A stretch of 64,000 bases of DNA. It comes from Pelomyxa schiedti (taxonomy: Eukaryota > Protista > Evosea). Of the stretch, positions 24,778 through 35,765 are shown in pieces. A program made the translations under genes and the position numbers. The notes below the pieces were generated by a model. It did no database searches and had not been told where the DNA came from. It saw nothing but the letters and a program-made list of their open reading frames with translations. Position 1 is the stretch's first letter. Each line of letters begins with the position of its first letter. The stretch lies in the NCBI GenBank assembly GCA_020536535.1, contig JAHLWZ010000275.1:99748-163747 (forward strand). Direction: 5' to 3'.

Positions 24778-26324
24778 ATTCAGTCAAGTTATGTACTAGA
24801 GTGTGGGGAATTTGATGGTGTGGGGGAAAAAATACAGTGGGATGATCGGTGATGTAGGTGTGTTGTGAAGTCGATGTACAGCAGCAACAACTTACGTCGT
24901 GTATGTTTGGGTTGTTTGCGTGTGTGCTGTGTACAACACTACGGTACGGCGATACCGCGTTGTTGGTTTGTTTTTTGTTTTGAGGAAAAAAAGGAGGTAA
25001 CGAGAAGTTTTTCAATTCCCTATCTAGGGCTAGGGCTCCGGGCTATTTTCTTTCTTTTCTATCTCGCATTCTGCGGAATGTCACCGAGCCACTTTATTTC
25101 AAATAAAATCGAAGTGAGAAAGCCGCAGTTGCAGGCCCGGAAGGTAGTTTTTTTCAAACAGGTCCAGCTGGGTGCTGTTGAGTACAACCTGCAACGAACT
25201 GCCACTGTGAATTCAATGAGAAGCTTTTAGTCTGTGCTCCTCAAGGTGATACCGCATGAATCCTTGCGACATCTGTGATCTAGGGTGAGAATGAGGACAG
25301 TGATACAGAAGTAAGCTATGTGTATTGTCGACATTTTGAAAACTAGAGGAACTTCTTTTCATTCCCAAACGCCGTACACCAGATTCTGTCCAAAAAGCAT
25401 CATCCCTAATGCTTCTCGAAAGCTACTCCAGTTAGCGGTGCTAGCTTGAACCTCAATAGAGTTCTTGCAGCGTTACTGTTGGTGTTATCAGTGGCACCCT
25501 TCACAATAGCCAAGTTTCTAAAAAAATAAAAGGACTACCTCACAGGCTCTTTTGTTTTACCATGTTACATCAACAGAGAGTGGTGCCAGCACACAACAGA
25601 GTGGCACGCAGGTCTTTCAGTCTTTGTACTGAAGAATACAGAGTAGTAGCATACTTTGGTGAGTGGCAACCAACAATGTCCCCTCCAAACCATGTATCTC
25701 CACTGAATAGCAGTCGTTCAAGGAATATCCTATGCTGTAAGCAACGGGATCGGCTACTTACTGCCATCACTCTAAGCCGCTTTCTGTAGACTGAAAACAG
25801 GGGCGAGACCAGTCGATACGCGAAGAACGTAGGTAGCGGACTCCGCCGTGTACTGTTTTATACGATTTCAAAGAAAGTTCTACTCTTCAAGTTAAAGGTA
25901 GAATGTAACATAGGCACTGAGGCTTCAGCACAACAAAGTGACATTATGTCAAGGTGCTGGTCGCGCCATCCAACGTACCAACCCACTTTCCGTGGTCAAC
26001 CGTAGAGTTTTTCACTTGGTCCTCTCATCGAAGACTCGTTCTCTTTGCTGTTTCCCTGATTCGTGGAAAGGGGTGTGCCCGGGTTCCTCTGCATCAGTAC
26101 CAAAATTCTGAAATGTGCTTACAAATCTAAATGTTACCAAAGCTTTCGGTTGGAATGTTTCTGTTCTGACTGATGTTGCCAAAGCCCCAGCCGAAATAGC
26201 GCCGGTGCTCCAAATAGAAGCAGAATTCTTTAAGAGAGTTTTTTGTTTGCCCCTTATAAGGGCAGTCAATCTGATCACTTTTAAATAAAAATAAACAAGC
26301 CACACCCAAGCAAAGAAAACAACC

Positions 26325-26939
26325 ATGGCAGACATTCACATCAACATGAGCGTGCAAGAGAGGGCTCCAATGACTGCGCTCTACGAGGAGCACAGTGGCG
26401 CCTACAACCTCATTGGAGCAAAATTCGACGTCGTGAGTTATCTCTTTTTTGTTTGATGCCCTTAACAATTGAACCACAGGTCGTCAACACTGGGAAAACA
26501 CTTCTCGGGTTGCCTGAGGCCGAAATGCTTACATTGGGAATATACTACAACGACCCTTACTCCACTCCCGTGGATCAGCTCCGTTCTCGTGCCTGCCTCG
26601 TGCTGACTGATCCCCAAGCAGGTAGTTATTCTCTCACAAAACTCTTTCTCCTTTGGTTTCATTTCACCTAACCTCGCATCTATCTACAATCAAAAAAAAA
26701 AAAACCCCTCAGAAAGAGCCAAGGCAGCTGGGAAGAATGTGATGATAGTCCCTGGCGGTAAATACGCTGTGGGGCACTGCACTATTGGCTGTGAGCAGTT
26801 TGGACCTGCCTGGGCAAAGTTCATGGAAATGCTACCAACACAAGGACTCAAGTCGGACACAACCAGAACGTGCTACGAGGCCTACGTGGGTCACGACAGG
26901 AACACATTCACCCTCGACCTCTGTGAACCAATTCTTTAA
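26325..26939 (+). CDS. GyrI-like small-molecule-binding domain protein
   Basis: EHSGAYNLIG, LGIYYNDPYSTPVDQLRSRAC, VPGGKYAV, CYEAY, DLCEPI; two introns. Confidence 0.85.
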
Positions 26940-27024
26940 GTAATTACTTACAAGAAAGAAGAGAAAGAAGAAATTTATCTTTTCCTATTTATTTTGCTAT
27001 GAACACCCTGAAACAGGTTTGTAC

Positions 27025-29007
27025 CTACGACCGATTGTTGGCCTTCTGCGTTATGGGACATATCCTTTTGTGGATCGGCCAGTCACTCTTCTGGCATTCT
27101 TTCGAACAGTAGGCAGCACAATGGCATCTTTGGCACAACTTTGTGGGCCGGTTTTTCTCATGACACTTCTCACATAGATTTGTAGTTCCTTTGTTTTCCA
27201 TGGCCTGTGCATAGTTGGATCGATTGATTGAATGGGACTTGATACCATGGCCACCCTCTGGTAAAACGAATCGCGGGCCTCCTCTGGTACAGGTGGAGTG
27301 CCAAACAATGCGGCTGAAGAGTGTGGTGGAGGTCCTGATGGTACTGTGGTAGAAGCTGTCTCTATTGCATCCACTCGTACAGGAACTGTTGGCGGAGTCA
27401 TCGATAGGGTTGTGGCAGAAGTAGATGGAGAGGTGCTCGCCGGTATTATTGGATAACGCTGCTGAGGTATCTGTAAGGATTGAAGTGAAACTGTGGTAGT
27501 AATTGATGTTTCTGGCTCCTGAACTGGCACCACGGCTGACTGAACCTGGTTCTTGAGTTGTGCTATTTCCCTGTCTTTTTCCTTCATCTTCTTATTTGCT
27601 TCACGCTTCCTTATCTGTGTTTGTTTCTTATATGCTTTTCCTTTGTTTTTCCATTCTGTTTCTTTTTTCTGTAGTGTAGCTTCAAGTTCCTTTCTTTTGT
27701 TTTCCTCTGCCCTTCTTTTGTTTTCCTCTGCCCTTCTTTCGTTTTCTGCTTGGGTTAACTTTCTTCTTAGTTCCTCTTCATTCATTCTCATTTCCCTCAT
27801 TTCTTTTTCCCTTCTACTTATTTCTTCTTTATTTCTTTCTGCTTCCTCTCTCAATAGGCTATTTGCTTTCTGTATAATTAGTTCTTGTGGCCATTGCATA
27901 AGATCTTCTCTAGAGGTGTAAATAGCGCAGTATAGGATTGCCAGAATTGGGCATGCTACACCATGTTTGCAAGAACCAGTAGGGAGTGAAAAAGAAACCG
28001 CTTCTCTAAATGTATATTGTCTTTTGGGGGTTCGCACAGTGCATGGTAGACGGTCAATTGTGCTACTGTACCCGTTACCACCATCAAATAAGACCATGAC
28101 ATATTTCCTTTTGTTACTCAATAAGGATATTCCACAACCTGAACATACTTGAAATGCGCAAATTCTGGGTGTTGATTGAGAAAAGTATTGAAACATCTAG
28201 TTTTTGTGGACCATTTAACCACAGATGGCCTTGAAAAGGTTACAGAAACAAGAAACGAAAGTAATAGTACATGTTGAAGGATGCCTTTATTTCAATCAAG
28301 ATAATTGCAGGGCCCTGGATGACAGTATCAATTGCAAGTTGTGACCCACAGTTTGTCTGCACTACAATGGAGTCCTTGGGCAAAATGTGTTGCAAGGTAA
28401 TCTCTCCAGACTCCACAATAACCTGGGCATCAATATCCCCAATGTCTATAATCAACAATATTAGTTCATTTATTTCAACAGAGGAATGGATACTTGGGTC
28501 CACAACTTCAACTGCTTTAGCCCTCACTCCTTTGTATTGGTGAAGCTCAAGAGCCTTTTGGAGCCCATCAAAATATAGATCCTCCATAACGCGGCCAGTA
28601 AAAGATGCATCAGAATCATTTGTTACTTCAATTGATAGACTTGATGAATGCAAGGCTATGAAGTGAAATCTTTTAGGAAAGCTCTTGAAACCCTTTTTTT
28701 AAAAAAAAAAAAAAAAACTAGGAACTACACAAGAGCGTCTCACTAGTATCTCCAGCATCCAAGTCGGAGTCGCTGCCATCATCTTCCACCAATAGTTTAC
28801 CTTTGCCGAGAGCGCCTCATTCTGTGCGGCACTGTCTGATGTAGTGCATCGTCGTTGGACAAGCACCGATGGGACCGAGGTTTGCACTACACCATCTCGA
28901 GACGAAACTACCCGATCCGCGAGCGGTGCCGCAGACACAGCAGCAGCAGAGCAAGTATTTCGCTGCTGTTGCGCATTTGGTCCCCTGTTTGTGCGCTTTC
29001 GGGTCAT
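27025..29007 (-). CDS. Coiled-coil protein with C-terminal MYND zinc finger
   Basis: After an intron near 27247-27205 the frame reads CEKC..LCQRCHCAAYCSKECQKSDWPIHKRIC (MYND), which the ORF track misses. Confidence 0.8.
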
Positions 29008-29459
29008 TGTGCTGTCAGTTACCTGTGCGGGGTGTCAAATTGTTGTTGTGTTGAATCTGTTAATGTTCTTTGGAATTTTTTTCATCTTCCGGGGACAGGA
29101 GATTGTAGTGTAAATAACTCGGCAAATACTCCCGATCCGGAGAACCCAGCCACAGCAACACACACTACAATTAATTCTCGACAGAACCCTCTGACGATAT
29201 TCCTCCGTTGTGTCAACGGGCAAGTCAAGGTTTGGTGCAGTTGTTGCCATCGAGCTATGTTTTGTCAAGATTCGGTAAGTCCACCGTCCGGAAAGTGAAA
29301 GAACCAGGTTCGAGTCACCAGACGTTTTTGACGCCGTTGTCCGACCCGTTCGCACGGACCGGGCATTACACGTCACCAACGATCAAAGGTTTTTTGAGGT
29401 TCGTGGAAGTGCGATCCCTCGCAGACAGTGCAAACACCTGGGTTCCCTCTGAGCTGAAC

Positions 29460-29550
29460 TGGCTGAATAAAAAAAACACCAGACCGCCGATCCTGAGCGA
29501 CGATAACGAAAAGGACAGCGTTCCGGTCTGTTGATTATTTTATTCAGCCA
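29460..29550. repeat. ~90-nt palindromic dispersed element, copy 3 (most intact)
   Basis: Perfect 13-bp inverted termini tggctgaataaaa / ttttattcagcca and inner stem cagaccg / cggtctg. Confidence 0.9.
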
Positions 29551-29625
29551 ACTGATGGTCGAACCCACAAATTGCTTAAAAAGGAAAAGTGTCAGGAAGT
29601 CGGCAACTGATTTGAGTTTTGTCGC

Positions 29626-31077
29626 ATGAGTAAGGCCAATCTGCCGACGCAGGAGTACCGCCGTCTGTCCGGGAACCACGACGGCCCAATCAACGTAATA
29701 GTTTGGAATGGTTTGTTCGTTCTTTCTTTCTTTCTGTTGTGCTCACCCACCTTACTTTAAAAGTACCTGGAAGTTATTGCTTGACGGGAGGACAGGACAG
29801 GTCCATCAGTTTGTGGAATCCATTCACTGCAAAGCACATTAAAAAGTACAGAGGCCACAATAACGAAATATTGGATATCACTGTGTATGCCGTTCTACAA
29901 AGAGTTGCATTATTTTTAACTTCAGGTTAGTTCATCTGATAATAGCAGAATAGCCTCGTGTGGTGGGGATAGGTACCCCCTGCATTGGGACGTTGGCACT
30001 GGACAAATCATAAGACGCTATAAAGGACATGAAGGAGTATGCCTCCTATGTTCGCCTATCCCTTTGATTCACCTTCCCAGAGGGTAAACTCAGTCAAGTT
30101 CAATGAGGAGGACTCTGTTCTAATCACTGGTATTGATTTTTCTCTGAACTGGGATTCTGCTTAATATAGGATGCAAGTGAACAGGTTCTTATGACAGATC
30201 AATTAAAATTTGGGATTGCAAGTATGCCAACAAACTTAAAGAAACCACAACCAACAAGAATATATAGATCTAGATCCATTGATGCTATTCAAGCAATGGA
30301 TGACGCTAAAGACAGTGTTACAAGTGTAGCTGTTGCCACACCTCTTATATATTCAAGGTTTTCGTTACAGACTACTGTAGATCAGACACTCATAAACAAA
30401 AAAATGCCTCATTCTCACTAAATCTTTTATTAGTTCTGTTGATGGAGGGGTAAGATGCTATGATGTGCGAATGGGAAGGCTCACTACTGACCAAATGGGC
30501 CGTATGCGTAACCAATATTAGTGACTTCCATAGTCTCACGTCACTTGACAGAACCCGTTACTTCTGTAATGTTAAGTAATGACCGCAAATGTATTCTGGC
30601 AGTATGTCTGGATAATACTATAAGATTGATAGATCGAGCTTCTGGGGAACTGCTGAACGAGTAGAGTGCTCTTTCGTTTTGCTTTGGACTGAATGCCTAA
30701 ATTCCAGGTATACAGGGCACGTAAACAGCAACTACAAGCTCTCTGGTTGCTTTTCCAACACCGACGCACAAGTTGTCTGCGGCTCCGAAGACGGGAAAAT
30801 CTTCATTTGGGACCTAGTCTCAGTATGTCCCACCCATCAACCCAAATAACACAAAATCCAACAACTCCTTTGTCACCCCGCACATCCCAGCTCACGCACC
30901 CAACTTCATTTTTCATGCAACATGCAGGCTACTGTATCCACCTCAATACGGGCACACAGCAAGACCGTCGGGTATGTCAGCTACCACCCCAAGCACCCCT
31001 GCCTGCTCTCGTGCTCGGTCGACGGCACCGCCGCTCTGTGGACTTCGCCGACATTCGACCCTGAGGAAGAACTCTAG
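29626..31077 (+). CDS. WDR83: WD repeat protein 83 (MORG1)
   Basis: YCLTGGQDRSISLWNP, DNSRIASCGGDR, RVNSVKFNEE, DDAKDSVTSV, SVDGGVRCYDVRMG, GELLNEYTGH, CGSEDG. Confidence 0.9.
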
Positions 31078-31344
31078 GTGCTAGTAGCACAACCTACTTG
31101 TCTCTCTCTTCTTGGGGTGGCCCAACCCTATCTAGGGGGAGCTGGGAATTTCCTAGATTTTTCCGGCCGGAAAACGCTTCTTATTAAAACCATCACTCCT
31201 TTTTCCTTTTGAAAATTACTTTGAAGAAAGGAAAAGAAAAAAAAAACCACCCGTTTGGCAGTTTGCGCGCCGGTCTTTGCGATAACAGCAATAAAAGAGA
31301 CAAACAGAACATACAGGCAGATCCAAGGTGTTTTGTAAAACAAA

Positions 31345-31955
31345 ATGACAACAACGTACTCGTCTGGACACTTTCGAGCGGGTCGACCTCAGAAACCGTT
31401 ACCATCGCGTCCGCTGTTGATATACTCTGGGACCGAGGGAAAGTACGGTTGTCTGTGTAATTTCTACATGGATCCGTTTGAGCACGAGGGCAAAATTTGG
31501 CCGTCAATAGAACATTGGTTTCAATCCCAAAAATTCACAACACCCGAATACCAAGAGCAAGTAAGCTTACTAACACTGGAAACCGCTAACTCACTAAAAC
31601 AAACAAAACCAAACTCTCGCGCTCCAATTGCGAATACGATTACTTACGCTTTTGTCAGATAAGACAAGCCAAGACTCCTGATGACGCCAAGGAACTGGGA
31701 TCACAGAGGAGGCCAGATTACCGACCTGACTGGCCACAAGTACGGGAAGCTGTCATGATGGCTGGACTGCGGTCAAAGTTCAACCAGAACGAGGAGCTCC
31801 GGCGTATTTTGATTGAGACTGGGGATGTGAGTCTTGCAGAGTACGCTCCCGACGACGCTCTGTGGGGTGATGGCGGCGATGGAAAGGGCAAGAATCTGAT
31901 GGGGGTTCTTCTGGCAGTGCTGAGGGACGAGCTGAAGAAGGCTGAGGGATTGTAA
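31345..31955 (+). CDS. NADAR (YbiA-like) family hydrolase
   Basis: YGCLCNFY, WPSIEHWFQSQKF, RPDW, KFNQN, LIETGD..LAE, DALWGDGGDGKGKNLMG; one intron. Confidence 0.92.
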
Positions 31956-32166
31956 TACCACTGGGAGGCTTGTTTGTGTGTACTTTTTGAATTTTGCAGC
32001 ACCATCTGTTCCCAGTGCCCCCAGGCCCCTTTTGTAAATCTTCATTTAACTTTTTGAACCAAACAATAAAACTTCCTTTTTCCGCGCTTGGCCCTTTTCC
32101 TTCGTTTTTTCGTGAGTTGAAACGACATTTCGTAGAAAACCACAACACACACAAAAAAAAAAACGA

Positions 32167-34171
32167 ATGGGCAACACCAACCGCGCCTCAACGTCAACGC
32201 CTTCCTCGGCCTCCTCGTCTTCATCAAACAACACTGGAATCTGCACGTCGCAGGGCGAGTGCGGGCACCCCTCGAAGGAGGGCGCAGAAATCGTAGGCTT
32301 CCTCAGCAGCTCGCGCGACGGGTGGGCGGCGGGGAACGCGTGGCGCCAGATCATGAGCGACGACGAGACGTCGATGCTGTGGCTGGACCCCAAGGAGTGG
32401 GCGCGGCGGGCGCTGCTCGAGCGCGAGCCCGGCGACGCCAAGGGCCGCTCGGCCACGTACCTCGCGGCCAAGCTGGGGCTCGTCGCCTTCCTCGAGTTCT
32501 TCCTCCCGGCGTGGAGCGTCGCCGACGTCTCCAAGGGCTTCGGCAAGCACCGCGGCACGCCGCTGCACGCCGCGTGCAAGCACGGGCACCTCGACTGCGT
32601 CAGGGCGCTGCTGGCGCGGGCGTGCCCGCCGCACCTCATAGCCGACGCCGACGGAAAAACGCCCGGGGACCTGGTGCCCGCGGATTGTGGGAGCCGCGCC
32701 GAGATCCTGGCCGCGCTGGACGCGTACGGCGCGTCGCTTGATGTTCAGATGGAAACTCCGAGATGGAAGGCCGGCCGGCAGTTCTGTTCTGAGAAGCTCA
32801 GCTGCTGCATCGACAGGGTCCAGGCTTGCCCTTCGTTACATCACGACCAAATATATTTGTGCAACTGCAGAATTGAGCGCACTGATATGGGAGTAAATGT
32901 TAATGGGGAACCTGCTGTGCCGGTTCGTGCGAAGCCGCTGCGAATGGCGGAACCTGCGTGCACTGAGGGTGGGCAGCTGTCTCCACTTATATCGTGCTAT
33001 CCCGCTCTTGTTGAATCCACTGCCCCTCCCCCCTCGTCATCAACTTCTTTGCTGAATCTGCCTGACAATTCGCTGGTCAAGATATTTTCTCTGTGCCGGC
33101 GATTTTGCCCTTGTGGTCATCATGCTCACGTCATTCGCGTAGCCAAACAATTGAGAAATACTTATCTTGCCTCCCCTGGCTACCCAACTACGCAGACACG
33201 GTGGAGTATGTATGATACTGTATACACTCTATGCACTTTAGAGATGGTTTGCAAGCGCTTTTGCTTGCCAGATTCATCAGGAAAATCACTACCAGAACAA
33301 ACTGCTGAAGGCATTTGCAGAGAAATTGGCATAGTCAAACTTTCCATGGGAAAAAATTGGAAACAAGAGTTGATGCTATCTGACATTGTCGCCCTTGAAA
33401 TTGACCTGAGAGTTAGAGTTGACCTTCATACCCAGGCCTACGAACACAAAAATAGCACTGCACATAAGGAAATAATCAAGCGTTGGGGAAAGCCAGATCC
33501 CATTCTTGCGGTGTTTTGCCTACTCCGCTGGCTTCTCTACAATTAACCAATAAAAACAGGGAAAAAAAGGACGAGACGCTATTAATAGCTGCTTCTCACA
33601 GGACACTCTTGCCCTAACTCCATCAGGATGGAAGTAAGACTCATATTGTGGTTTCTCTAATATGTCTTCAGGTGTGTTCAAGATTTATCCGTAGGGGATT
33701 GTATTATTTCTGAAAGTAACACCCAACGCAAAATTTCTAAAATTCTATCCTATTCCGTGCACGACCACTGCAAAGGGGCAATTATTGATGGAGTAAAATT
33801 AACCACCGGACATCCTGTAAGATTTACTCAGCCTTTCCAGTTTCTAACTGTAATTAGGTTCTTCATAATCGCGAGTGGATGCATCCATTTGAAATTATCA
33901 CGGTGGAAGAAATGTATGTAGAGGCATGGTACAATCTAGAGCTTGAGGGGGGTCCATCACACAATGACCACTCCGTTTTATTATCGGCAGCGATTGGGTA
34001 CTCAAATCAAAAGTAATTCTATTTGTAACCAACCACAAAAGGGCACCCACAGTTGTTGCATGTACACTTGGAAAAGACTGTGGGGAGAGAATCACATCAG
34101 GGTGGCCAAAGGCTGATGCTATGTTTGGCAGAGGTTACTGGTCCTACGTAACCGACCCACTTTCTGCTTGA
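32167..34171 (+). CDS. Ankyrin-repeat protein with F-box-like motif and C-terminal Hint (Vint-type) domain
   Basis: GTPLHAACKHGHLDCVRALL ankyrin; LLNLPDNSLVKIFS; spliced tail AINSCFSQDTLA..VQDLSVGD..LTTGHPV..WMHP..WYNLEL..HSV..VACTLG..MFG. Confidence 0.8.
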
Positions 34172-34430
34172 GGAGTATTTTTTGATTATTACCTGAAGCA
34201 CCTTTATTAGCAAAGTACCAGGCGATTTCAGTTTGGCCCTGTATACAACCCCACCAATATTTAGTGTTTTTTTGCTTGAAGAAAAACCAACACATTTTCT
34301 TAATAATGACCCCCAGTTCATAAACCTGGGGGCAACAACACGAAAACCATCTTCAGGATGTTCCCTTACTGTTGGGACTGGAAGGTGCCCAACTTAGAAA
34401 CAGAGAGAAAAAATGTGGTTTGGCACTCGC

Positions 34431-35687
34431 TTAGGATCTGTGTTTAACCTGAAATATTGGTGGGAATCTAATAAGGGGGATTAAATCACGCACTATGTAT
34501 TTGTGGACATCAGAGACATCCTCTGATGTAAAGCGCAAGGGAACTTCTTCTACCCAGTCATGTGCTTCCTGAATTATATTATGACTCTCCGTACCATCAG
34601 GGAATAGGGACAGAGAGTGCTCGATACTGGGTATTGTAATCAGTATGCAGCCTGGCTTGCAAACAGATTCGAAAATGAATCTCCATGCAACCACTTGGCC
34701 TACGAGAGGGACAAACCACTCAAACACATTGTGCATTATGACCATGTCAGCAGATTGCAGCAAGGGTTTTTGGGTGAGTACATCTGCGTGAACCAGATGG
34801 ATTCGAGACGACAAGAATGGAAATCCCCGGCTCACGATCGACTGCTGAAGGTCATAAAAGAATTTGTTCTTTTCAATCCCCACAATCTGTTGTGACTGTT
34901 TACTGGTGCTCCTTAAAAAAAAAAGTGAAGGTAGTCACACCTGAGATGCATTTGTATAAGCATAAGCGTAATACAGAACAGCACCAAGCCTGGACCCCAC
35001 ATCCACAATGGTTTTGCCATTCCAGTTCTGTGTGGGACCAATAACCTGCGGTGAGAACATGAACCTCAGCTCCTCTCGTGAGGCACTGTGCGTGATGAAA
35101 TTCAGCCTCCTTATTGTCCTCGACCCACAGCTCACACAAAAGAAGTACCCGTCGTCCCACTCCTCCTCCAATTCACCCTCCCCCTCATTCTCATTCCCGT
35201 CACTTTGGCCGTCATCGTTTTCGTTAGTGTTCTCGGCGCCGTCGTCGTCTTCCACATTCTCATTTTCTTCTTCTTCTTCTTCTTCGTTCTCCTCGTTGTC
35301 GATGCCATTGTCATTGGCGTTGGCATTGGCATTGGCATTGGCGGCATCATCAGGGACGACATTGGCGAACTGGACCTGCCGGGAGCCGCACGTCCCACAA
35401 TAGTGGCGCGACAGCCCGCCCCTGCGGCACTCGCGGTCGACGTCGCTGTCCCGCGGGTACAGGAACGAGTCCACGTGGATGGTGTTGCGGCGGCTGTACC
35501 CCGCGAAGTCGCGGGACCACCCAGGGGGCGCCGCAGCGCACCCCCCTTCCGCTGCCGCCCCGGGATCCTCCTCGTCGGGGGCCAGGGCCGACGCAGGCAC
35601 GGACGCCCGCAGCCGCTTGGCTATCCTTGAGATCAGCTTGGGGCCCCCCGTGGGGCTCAGGTCTCCCCCCCGCCCGCAGTGCCTCAT
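34431..35687 (-). CDS. Uncharacterised class I SAM methyltransferase with CxxC motifs
   Basis: HVDSFLY, YCGTCGS, FITHSAS, IVDVGSRLGAVLY, VGIE, HADV, IMHNVFEWF. Confidence 0.75.
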
Positions 35688-35765
35688 CCCCCCCTGTCTT
35701 TCGCCTTCGGCTTTTTGGAAACGATGCGCTGGGTATAATAGATTGAAAAAAAAAAGGAACAACAG

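Noticed and set aside
25050-26100. Possible minus-strand gene
   Set aside because: Could not build a convincing spliced model or recognise a motif; left unannotated.
27025-27250. Programmed frameshift into the MYND finger
   Set aside because: A normal GT-AG intron explains the frame change.
29480-29530. Hammerhead ribozyme or riboswitch reading of the repeat (CTGAG..GAAA)
   Set aside because: The core is CTGAGCGA rather than CUGANGA, there is no proper stem III, and CTGA is not conserved (CTTAG in copy 2). No fluoride-riboswitch motif upstream of the FlK gene either.
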